NCBI GenBank assembly: GCA_003522085.1
Contig: DPGI01000009.1
Span: forward strand, 66,483 to 130,482
Source: Clostridiales bacterium
GTDB lineage: Bacteria > Bacillota > Clostridia > Christensenellales > UBA1242
Reading direction: 5' to 3'
Length of the DNA: 64,000 nucleotides
In this document: positions 26,469 to 32,920 of the stretch, in pieces
How positions within the stretch are numbered: position 1 is the first letter of the stretch
How the letters are laid out: each line of letters begins with the position of its first letter
Notes under the pieces: model-generated
Databases searched by the model: none
What the model was told of the DNA's origin: nothing
The model's input: only the letters and a program-made list of their open reading frames with translations
Translations under genes and position numbers: made by a program

Positions 26469-27155
26469 TTAGTAGCCTCTTAAATAAACATTTTTGATTT
26501 GTTTTGAAAGTATGGTTTTAAAGTTTTCAGCGTCCGATTTTGAAACCGGCTTGAGATTTTGTTGCAGGCAAGAGCCATTATCGACAAAGTGTTGAAGATA
26601 AAGTTTGTCTGCACCTTTTAAAAATTCTGCCATTTCAGTTATCGTTTCGGTTGTGTGATGCTCGGCAACCAAAGTGGTGCGAAATTCATAAGGAACGATT
26701 CCAGTTTTGAGAAAGTTTACACTGCGCACAACTTCTGCTAGGTCAACTTTTGCGCCAGCCGTTTTTTCATATGACGATGGTGCGTTTTTTATGTCCATCG
26801 CAACATAATCGACCAACTTTTCATCTATCATATTTTTAAGCATATCAAAGTTTGTGCCGTTTGTATCAAGTTTTATTAAAAGCCCATATTCTTTTATTTT
26901 TGCCGCAAACGCTGGAAGGTCTTTTTGCAGAGTAGGTTCGCCGCCAGATATGCAAACGCTGTCGATTAGATTTTTTCTTTTTTCAAGATATTCAAAAAAT
27001 TCTTGCTCTGATATTGGCGATAAATTTGTGATTTTTACAAGGTCGGAATTTTGACAAAATGGACATTTAAAATTGCAACCGCCAGTAAAGACGGTGCAGC
27101 ATAAGTGTCCTTCAAAGTCGACCATGGAAAGTTTTTCAAGTCCAAAAATTTTCAT
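26469..27155 (-). CDS. nrdG: anaerobic ribonucleotide reductase activating protein (radical SAM)
   Basis: CNFKCPFCQN (CxxxCxxC) cluster motif and SGGEPTLQ. 228 aa. Confidence 0.9.
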   Translation of the reverse strand: MKIFGLEKLSMVDFEGHLCCTVFTGGCNFKCPFCQNSDLVKITNLSPISEQEFFEYLEKRKNLIDSVCISGGEPTLQKDLPAFAAKIKEYGLLIKLDTNGTNFDMLKNMIDEKLVDYVAMDIKNAPSSYEKTAGAKVDLAEVVRSVNFLKTGIVPYEFRTTLVAEHHTTETITEMAEFLKGADKLYLQHFVDNGSCLQQNLKPVSKSDAENFKTILSKQIKNVYLRGY

Positions 27156-27589
27156 GCGTTTTGCTCCATAAGTTGATAGTAGAATACATATTCTATGTCG
27201 TTTTGAACATAAGAAATTTTGATTAAGCCGTTGTTGTAGTGACCGGTGTAAGCAATATCGGCCTCTTCGGTTGGCAAGAATATCACAAGTTCGTTGCTAT
27301 GCAAAAAGTAGTTGTAACCGCTTTCGTTTTCGGCGATGCCTTTTGTGGAAGAATGGCTTTCTAGTGATAAGTCTTCTTTTACGACAATATAGTATTCGCC
27401 ATTTGTGTATTCTTCGATGACTGTTTCTTCGCCAGATATTTTTTCAGCGACCTTTATAAGGTTGTATTGACCCAATGTCATGCTTGGAATTTTATAGTGA
27501 GTTGTGATGTAATAGAAAACGTAGAATATGATTACGCATATTCCAAGTGCCACTGCCGTCCATATGAGTGCTTTTTTCCACCATGCCAT
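27152..27589 (-). CDS. hypothetical N-anchored membrane protein (145 aa), ATGA-coupled to nrdG
   Basis: TM ALIWTAVALGICVIIFYVFYYI. No SD. The ATG lies 6 nt downstream of TAAAAT (or 1 nt after an overlapping TATAAT), so it is a possible leaderless start. Confidence 0.6.
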   Translation of the reverse strand: MAWWKKALIWTAVALGICVIIFYVFYYITTHYKIPSMTLGQYNLIKVAEKISGEETVIEEYTNGEYYIVVKEDLSLESHSSTKGIAENESGYNYFLHSNELVIFLPTEEADIAYTGHYNNGLIKISYVQNDIEYVFYYQLMEQNA

Positions 27590-27625
27590 AATTATATTTT
27601 ACCATAATTTGCGATGTTAGTAAAC

Positions 27626-27733
27626 AAAAAAAACGCGCGACTTGCGCGCTCTTGCAAAATTGTTTTTGCAAGAGTGTCGGCCGAACGCTCGCGTTCGGCT
27701 CTTCCGCCGGTGGGGCGGAAGGCAAGTCGCGCG
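27626..27733 (-). terminator. GC-rich four-way-junction element ending in U8 on the minus strand (branched terminator or structured RNA downstream of dut)
   Basis: The closing helix CGCGCGACTTG (27634-27644) / CAAGTCGCGCG (27723-27733) is 11 bp and perfect. It encloses three perfect hairpins: CTCTTGCAAAA/TTTTGCAAGAG (27649-27675), GCCGAACG/CGTTCGGC (27680-27699, loop CTCG), and CTTCCGCC/GGCGGAAG (27701-27721). A8 on the plus strand (27626-27633) is U8 directly 3' of the closing helix on the minus strand. Confidence 0.6.
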
Positions 27734-27750
27734 GTTTAAAGTCCACGCAC

Positions 27751-28245
27751 TTATTTTTTTGAAGAGCCCATTTTTCCATCTCCGCGAAGAGAGGATATTT
27801 TTTTAAGTTGAGCATATGAAACTTCTTTAGTTTTCATTTTGTCGAGTTTGTGAACAACGCCCTGAGCAACTGCTTTTTCATATGAGAAATAGACAAATTT
27901 TCCTTTTTCAAGTTTTTCGATTTCTTCATAAGGAAGTTTTGAGATATAGCAAGGAACAGCGTTTGCGTTGAAAAGGCAAAGTATGATTTCACCGCGATAT
28001 CCGCTGTCAACAACACCTGAATTTTTCTTTAAGCCCTTAAAGCCGGTTGATGAGCGTTCTTCAATTTGAAGGTAGTGTCTTTTATCCACAGCAAATGCAA
28101 TTCCTGTTGGGACGTATTTAGTTTCAAATGGTTCGAATTTTAAATAATCTTCATCAAAGCAAGCGTAAAAATCAAAGCCTGCATCTTCGTCTCTTTTTGA
28201 AGGGACAACTGCGTTTTCCTTAGTTTTTGCAAAATAAATTTTCAT
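27751..28245 (-). CDS. dut: dUTP diphosphatase (trimeric dUTPase family)
   Basis: Motifs DAGFDFYA, VPTGIAF, SGVVDSGYRGEI. Confidence 0.87.
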   Translation of the reverse strand: MKIYFAKTKENAVVPSKRDEDAGFDFYACFDEDYLKFEPFETKYVPTGIAFAVDKRHYLQIEERSSTGFKGLKKNSGVVDSGYRGEIILCLFNANAVPCYISKLPYEEIEKLEKGKFVYFSYEKAVAQGVVHKLDKMKTKEVSYAQLKKISSLRGDGKMGSSKK

Positions 28246-28399
28246 TTTTCACCTCTTTATTATTATATCATAAATCGTTATTTTTCCCAAGAAAATCGCT
28301 CAAATATATAAATAACAATATGTTAAATAACAAAAACCTTTAAAAATAATTGCAAAACAAACGAATATTATTTATAATAAAAATGTAATCGGAGAATTG

Positions 28400-28834
28400 A
28401 TGAATAAAAAATATCTCAACATTTACACTCTTCATTTTGGGAAAATTTTGTCTAACTATTCTATTTTAGGCATTTGCTTTCTGAGTTTAATTATGCTTAG
28501 CACTGTATTGACAGCGCTGTATTATGTATTCTCATTTGTTATAGTTGTCTCAACAATTATATTCACGGTTGGAACGATTTTTGTAATTAAACCAAATTTT
28601 ATAGGCGATATGTTTGCTGGTGGCGACACAATGGTAAACATTACCAAGGCACTCAACAAGGCCTTTCCCTATATTTTAGGATTTACTCTTGCATTTGCAA
28701 TCACGGCACTTGTTTTGTTGTGCGTGCAAAAAGAAAAAAAGTCGACGGCTAGAATAGTTGTCTCATCAGTAATAATCGGCTTAGCGGTTGTGTTGTCGCT
28801 TGTATTTTTCCTTGGAGGTTATTATTCAGCATGA
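28400..28834 (+). CDS. hypothetical polytopic membrane protein (144 aa)
   Basis: Four hydrophobic segments. GGAG lies 5 nt before the ATG at 28400 (the track starts at TTG 28397). Confidence 0.6.
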   Translation: MNKKYLNIYTLHFGKILSNYSILGICFLSLIMLSTVLTALYYVFSFVIVVSTIIFTVGTIFVIKPNFIGDMFAGGDTMVNITKALNKAFPYILGFTLAFAITALVLLCVQKEKKSTARIVVSSVIIGLAVVLSLVFFLGGYYSA

Positions 28835-29343
28835 AAACAATAAACATTAAAGCCCAAGGCGGAATAGAACTTAAACCAGTCATTAGAATTGATGGCAAGA
28901 TAGTCGAATGCAAACAAAACAAACATGAATCTTTGCAAACGACCTTTCAAACGGATAAAGACCAAGTCGAAATTACTGTTGAAAACACACTCGAAATCAT
29001 GGGGCCTGGCTGGTGGTTTGTGCAAATGTTTTTCTTCATCTTTTCGCTGTTTGGAATATTCAACACAAGACTTGAAAAGTTTAATTATTTGATCAATTAT
29101 AAGGCCACGATTTCATTAAACGAAGAAGTGACTAACATCATTATAAAGTTTAATCAAATAAAAGACAAACAACGCGCAATCGAAATTATCGGTGCAGCAA
29201 ATGTTGAAGAGCAAGCAAACGAATATCAGTTTGCCGAAGAAGCGCAAAAGCGCAAAAAGAAATTAAGGATTTCTCGCATAATTGGTGCGATCGCATTGAT
29301 AGCAATAATCGCAGTCGTGTTATGCTTAATAATCATAAAATAG
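28831..29343 (+). CDS. hypothetical membrane protein (170 aa)
   Basis: ATGA overlap with the upstream gene. A central TM (WWFVQMFFFIFSLFGIF) and a C-terminal TM (IIGAIALIAIIAVVLCLIII). Confidence 0.6.
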   Translation: MKTINIKAQGGIELKPVIRIDGKIVECKQNKHESLQTTFQTDKDQVEITVENTLEIMGPGWWFVQMFFFIFSLFGIFNTRLEKFNYLINYKATISLNEEVTNIIIKFNQIKDKQRAIEIIGAANVEEQANEYQFAEEAQKRKKKLRISRIIGAIALIAIIAVVLCLIIIK

Positions 29344-29356
29344 AAAGGGGGAAGAT

Positions 29357-29842
29357 ATGAAAATTTATGTGAAAAACAAATTAGTTTCACTTGGCGGAAG
29401 TTCAACCGTCAAAGACGCAAACGGCAACGACATTTTTAAAGTAAAAGGAAAGTTTTTAAGTCTGACCAGAAAGAAGAAAATTTTGGACATGGAAGGCAAA
29501 CTTCACTATATTGTTAAAAACAGATTTTTCAATTTCTGGACACATGCAAGTTTTATTTATAGTGCTGAAAAACAAAAACTTGCCAAACTTTCAAACAGAG
29601 CATTCAAAACGGGCTTTGACGTGAAAGGTTATGGCGACGAAATTTCGATTGACGGCTGGCTTTTGACTGGCTGCACAATCTACAAGAACGGCGAAAAAAT
29701 TGGATCCGTAAATTCAAAAGCATTGGCGCTTTCTGATAGTTTTGAAGTAGAAGTAAACGACAATGAAGACCCTGCTTTCATCGTTGCTTTAATAATCGCT
29801 ATGGACAATGTGTGTGATAAGGCGACAAAAGCAAGAACTTAA
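29357..29842 (+). CDS. LURP-one-related / YxjI (tubby C-terminal-like) family protein
   Basis: MKIYVKNKLVSLGGSSTVKDANGNDIFKVKGKFLSLTRKKKILDMEGKLHYIV... follows the repeating beta-hairpin pattern of the LOR/YxjI family. GGGGGAAG RBS. Confidence 0.62.
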   Translation: MKIYVKNKLVSLGGSSTVKDANGNDIFKVKGKFLSLTRKKKILDMEGKLHYIVKNRFFNFWTHASFIYSAEKQKLAKLSNRAFKTGFDVKGYGDEISIDGWLLTGCTIYKNGEKIGSVNSKALALSDSFEVEVNDNEDPAFIVALIIAMDNVCDKATKART

Positions 29843-29850
29843 GTTAAAAC

Positions 29851-29879
29851 AAAAACACCTTTACGGGTGTTTTTTTTTG
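29851..29879 (+). terminator. intrinsic terminator
   Basis: AACACC / GGTGTT stem, 6-nt loop, T9. Confidence 0.75.
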
Positions 29880-29934
29880 ATGTTGACAATTTAAATTAAA
29901 GGTGATAAAATTGAAGAGCAAATAGGAGAGATAA

Positions 29935-30135
29935 ATGAAAAAATTTAATTATAGAGAGTTAGAATTTCATATAGATCAAGCAGAAAGAATGAAGGATTTA
30001 CATGATTCATTATCTTCTGTTGCAAATGACCTTGATGAAATTAAAAAAGTGTTCAAAGTTCAACTTGACAAGCCAGGCAACCCAGACAGAGAAGAATTAG
30101 TTGAAGAAATCATTAGATATTGCTATACAAAATAG
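29935..30135 (+). CDS. hypothetical small protein (66 aa)
   Basis: AGGAGAG RBS 7 nt upstream. Predicted helical and acidic. No motif recognised. Confidence 0.45.
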   Translation: MKKFNYRELEFHIDQAERMKDLHDSLSSVANDLDEIKKVFKVQLDKPGNPDREELVEEIIRYCYTK

Positions 30136-30139
30136 AGAC

Positions 30140-30514
30140 ATGAAAGTATTGATTGGAACAATTGATCCAAATTATGCGTTCAATGAAGAAGCAATGGTTT
30201 TGATGCTTTATGATGTAGCAAATATTGTTGATGCAATAAACAACAAAGATGTAGAGAAAATTGATGAAGCTGTTTCTGCATTACCTTACGATGAAAGCAA
30301 CACAGGTTATTTAATTGCAGGACAAACATTAGAGTTTGCATATAGCGTACTTTCAGATATTGATAAAGCGGTAAATCGTGAATTGTTTCAAGACATCGCA
30401 AAAACTTATGGATATGCAACTACCGATTACGAGTTTGATAGAGATTTTACAAACTTTGGATATTTAGGAAATTTAAAAAGAGCAAACGATAAAACATTAA
30501 AACTTCAAGACTAA
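30140..30514 (+). CDS. hypothetical protein (~124 aa)
   Basis: ORF in the +1 frame relative to the upstream 66-aa ORF. The ATG at 30140 is preferred over TTG at 30101. RBS is weak. Confidence 0.45.
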   Translation: MKVLIGTIDPNYAFNEEAMVLMLYDVANIVDAINNKDVEKIDEAVSALPYDESNTGYLIAGQTLEFAYSVLSDIDKAVNRELFQDIAKTYGYATTDYEFDRDFTNFGYLGNLKRANDKTLKLQD

Positions 30515-30520
30515 AAAACA

Positions 30521-30548
30521 AAAAGCACCTTGATGAAGGCGCTTTTTT
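30521..30548 (+). terminator. intrinsic terminator
   Basis: AAGCACCTT / AAGGCGCTT stem (one A-C mismatch), loop GATG, T6. Confidence 0.5.
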
Positions 30549-30642
30549 ATTGCTTAAATTTTTTTATTTGAAGAAAGTTGTGAAGATAAAATACCTAAAT
30601 TGCTTTACCACAAACTGGCTGTTTGCAATAGTTTTAAAAAAC

Positions 30643-30670
30643 AAAAAAAATCCGAGCAAACTCGGATTTT
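30643..30670 (-). terminator. terminator after tRNA-Ser (bidirectional hairpin)
   Basis: AATCCGAG / CTCGGATT stem, loop CAAA. A8 on the plus-strand side gives a U-run on the minus strand. Confidence 0.75.
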
Positions 30671-30673
30671 TAT

Positions 30674-30764
30674 TGGCGCAGAAGGAGGGATTCGGACCCT
30701 CGCGACAGTTACCCGTCCTACTTCCTTAGCAGGGAAGCCTCTTCGACCACTTGAGTACTTCTGC
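30674..30764 (-). tRNA. tRNA-Ser (anticodon GCU), class II with long variable arm, CCA encoded
   Basis: Minus strand reads GCAGAAGTACTCAAGTGGTCGAAGAGGCTTCCCTGCTAAGGAAGTAGGACGGGTAACTGTCGCGAGGGTCCGAATCCCTCCTTCTGCGCCA. Acceptor GCAGAAG/CTTCTGC, 3-bp D-stem, anticodon stem CTTCC/GGAAG with loop CTGCTAA, variable-arm stem GACGG/CTGTC, T-stem GAGGG/CCCTC. Confidence 0.93.
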
Positions 30765-30777
30765 ATCGACGTAGGTT

Positions 30778-30806
30778 ATTTTAACACAGCACAAGGCAAA
30801 TGTCAA
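30778..30806 (-). promoter_or_regulatory. promoter of tRNA-Ser
   Basis: Minus strand: TTGACA (30801-30806), 17-nt spacer, TAAAAT (30778-30783), about 13 nt before the mature 5' end. Confidence 0.6.
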
Positions 30807-30856
30807 ACATTTTGTTTTACAAGTTTATTGAATATTTGATTAGAAAGATTAAGATC

Positions 30857-30885
30857 TTGAATTTCGATTTTTAATATGATATAAT
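30857..30885 (+). promoter_or_regulatory. promoter of the three small wHTH-like genes
   Basis: TTGAAT (30857-30862), 17-nt spacer, TGaTATAAT (30877-30885). Confidence 0.55.
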
Positions 30886-30906
30886 GTTGAAATGTTGGAG
30901 GAAAAT

Positions 30907-31146
30907 ATGCTGTATAAAAGCGGACAAGAAAGATACCACGAAGAGATTGAAGCAATAAGAAAAGCGGCACTAAGTCTTTACAAACCAGCCTCGCTTGAAG
31001 AGATTACAAAAATGGCATCAGCTGAAGTTAATAGAGAGATTGAATGTTTTACAGCTAAGGCCGAACTTGATGAAATGTGCGAAAAGAAAATATTGACAAA
31101 GTCACAAAAATGGTATGTTCCGACAAGTGATGATTTTGTGAGATAA
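30907..31146 (+). CDS. small winged-helix-like protein, paralogue 1 (79 aa)
   Basis: The ATG at 30907 sits 5 nt after GGAGG. The track ATG at 30892 coincides with the predicted transcription start. C-terminus is ELDEMCEKKILTKSQKWYVP. Confidence 0.5.
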   Translation: MLYKSGQERYHEEIEAIRKAALSLYKPASLEEITKMASAEVNREIECFTAKAELDEMCEKKILTKSQKWYVPTSDDFVR

Positions 31147-31161
31147 AGGGAAGGTATAACA

Positions 31162-31413
31162 ATGAATAAAGCAGCGCAAAGATCTTTGGCAGAGAGAAAA
31201 ACAATAATTAAAGTAGTCAATAAACTTTACGAGCCGATAGATTTTTATGATTTAAAAAACGAAGTTGAAAGTCAGCACAAAGATTTTGTTGATCGCCTTT
31301 CTGTTATGCATGTGCTGAGTGAGCTTTGCGATAAAAATCTCATAAAATATGAACATGGAAAATACGCGAAAATCACAGACGAAGATTTGTGTAAAATATT
31401 TGGAATAGAATAA
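31162..31413 (+). CDS. small winged-helix-like protein, paralogue 2 (83 aa)
   Basis: GGGAAGG RBS. C-terminus is VLSELCDKNLIKYEHGKYAKI. Confidence 0.5.
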   Translation: MNKAAQRSLAERKTIIKVVNKLYEPIDFYDLKNEVESQHKDFVDRLSVMHVLSELCDKNLIKYEHGKYAKITDEDLCKIFGIE

Positions 31414-31426
31414 AAAGGAGTTGGAT

Positions 31427-31675
31427 ATGAGAACGACAGAAGGAATCATGAAAGATTTAGTTGAAACGGAATTATTTGCAACAAAAAACGGGCTGATTAG
31501 AATTTCAGATATTATTTTTAAAGTATTTGTAAATCATAATATTTCAACAGATGAAAGGTTTGTGTTGAACATTATTGAGGAAAACATCAAGCGTGGTAAA
31601 ATTAAAAAAGTTAAAGATGGGTATATGATTGTCGTAAATAAAGAGAAGCAAATCGAAGAAGATCTTTATAGATAA
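31427..31675 (+). CDS. small winged-helix-like protein, paralogue 3 (82 aa)
   Basis: The ATG at 31427 sits 6 nt after AAGGAG (the track starts at TTG 31421). C-terminus is IIEENIKRGKIKKVKDGYMIV. Confidence 0.5.
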   Translation: MRTTEGIMKDLVETELFATKNGLIRISDIIFKVFVNHNISTDERFVLNIIEENIKRGKIKKVKDGYMIVVNKEKQIEEDLYR

Positions 31676-31735
31676 TTAAAATATTTTTGACATTTTCTTT
31701 TTAATATGCTAAATTATATTTACATTGGGGGAGAG

Positions 31736-32191
31736 ATGATGGAAAACGGAGTAAAAAACGACATAAAAGCACCTGTTCACTTTTTGATTTGTAAAATATT
31801 AGGGTTTATTGCACTTGTTGGAGGCATTACATTGATTGTTCTTGCTTGCACGGTTCTCAGCAAACCATTCATGGATACAATCCAGCCAAACATTATTGCA
31901 TTGATGGTCGGCAGCACACTAAGCATGTGTTCAATAGTATTGTTATTTGCAGGATTTATTCCACAGTTTAAAAAAATGACAGTTAAGAGCGCAAAATATT
32001 TACAAACACAAAATAAAGACGATTTGAAAGAGATTGCATCAACCTCAGCAGACATTAAAAGCGAAGCAGTGACTAAGACTGCTAAGGCAGTAAAAAAAGG
32101 TTTTAATGATACAAAGTTTTGTAAGAAATGTGGCGTTGAGATTGACAGAGATTCAACATTCTGCAAAGAGTGTGGTGAAAAACAGGAGTAA
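31736..32191 (+). CDS. membrane protein with a C-terminal zinc-ribbon (151 aa)
   Basis: Two TM segments, then FCKKCGVEIDRDSTFCKECGEKQE (CxxC-x10-CxxC). The ATG at 31736 follows GGGGGAGAG. Confidence 0.6.
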   Translation: MMENGVKNDIKAPVHFLICKILGFIALVGGITLIVLACTVLSKPFMDTIQPNIIALMVGSTLSMCSIVLLFAGFIPQFKKMTVKSAKYLQTQNKDDLKEIASTSADIKSEAVTKTAKAVKKGFNDTKFCKKCGVEIDRDSTFCKECGEKQE

Positions 32192-32194
32192 GCA

Positions 32195-32229
32195 AAATCA
32201 CATCTACAGGTAGGTAGATGTGATTTTTT
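32195..32229 (+). terminator. intrinsic terminator
   Basis: 13-bp perfect stem AAATCACATCTAC / GTAGATGTGATTT, 6-nt loop, then a T-run. Confidence 0.78.
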
Positions 32230-32266
32230 AGTTTACATAAAAATTTTTTCTTTAAGGAGGCTAAAA

Positions 32267-32794
32267 ATGGAAAAAATTAAAAAAATCATCATAGTGGGGT
32301 GTCCTGGTTCGGGAAAAACCACATTAGCACTTAAACTTGGGGATGCGCTCGATTTGCCAATCTATCATTTGGACAAAATCTATCATAAACCAAATTGGCA
32401 AAAACCTACAAAGGAAGAGTGGAGAGCCACATTAAATCAAATTATGTCAAACGATGAATGGATTTTGGACGGCAATTATTCGTCAACACTTGAAATGCGA
32501 ACTCAGCAAGCCGACGCAATAATTTGGCTTAATTATTCAACTCTCACTTGTTTAAAGAGAATCTTTAAAAGATATGACGAAAATCAAAACAAAGACCGCG
32601 TTGATAGGGCGGAGGGCTGCGATGAAAAACTTGATATTGAGTTTGTGAGACATGTATTAAATTTTAAAAAAGATTATGGGAAACAGTTTAAGCTTCTCAT
32701 GGAAAAATTTCCCGACAAAAAGTTTATTATTTTACAAAACAGTCGTGATGCGGAAAAGCTTTTAGAGCAAGCGAAACTCAACAAAACGATATAA
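32267..32794 (+). CDS. P-loop NTPase, adenylate-kinase-like 'topology modulation' (FlaR-like) family
   Basis: IIIVGCPGSGKTTLALKLG Walker A followed by PIYHLDKIYHKPNWQ, characteristic of this small kinase-like family. AAGGAGG RBS. Confidence 0.7.
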   Translation: MEKIKKIIIVGCPGSGKTTLALKLGDALDLPIYHLDKIYHKPNWQKPTKEEWRATLNQIMSNDEWILDGNYSSTLEMRTQQADAIIWLNYSTLTCLKRIFKRYDENQNKDRVDRAEGCDEKLDIEFVRHVLNFKKDYGKQFKLLMEKFPDKKFIILQNSRDAEKLLEQAKLNKTI

Positions 32795-32920
32795 TATTGC
32801 AATAAGATACAAGTTTTGTATAAAATGAAAAATTTTTAATAATGAAAAATTTCACTTTCATTTGGTAAAAAATCCATTTTGTATTAAAATAAAGTTAGAT
32901 TAAAAATATTGGAGGGGCGT

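Noticed and set aside
27731-27750. AAAGTCC string next to the GC element, considered as an RNase P RNA P4 signature; GGGGAC at 41589 considered as a tmRNA 5' end
   Set aside because: Only a heptamer or hexamer matches. The other universally conserved RNase P or tmRNA segments (the rest of the RNase P conserved core; tag ORF and TCCACCA 3' end) are absent nearby.
27492-27815. 107-aa minus-strand ORF spanning the GC-rich four-way junction
   Set aside because: It overlaps the 3' end of dut and the 5' end of the next gene. Its only open stretch is the structured GC-rich element, and there is no RBS. The RNA/DNA structure explains the sequence better.
29935-30514. Possible frameshifted single gene (66-aa ORF overlapping a +1-frame 137-aa ORF by 35 nt)
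   Set aside because: There is no slippery heptamer or homopolymer at the overlap. The second ORF has its own ATG at 30140. I cannot show homology across the junction, so I kept them as two low-confidence genes.
30600-30839. 79-aa plus-strand ORF from the track
   Set aside because: It runs antisense straight through the tRNA-Ser gene and its terminator and has no RBS. It is an artefact of the GC-rich tRNA sequence.
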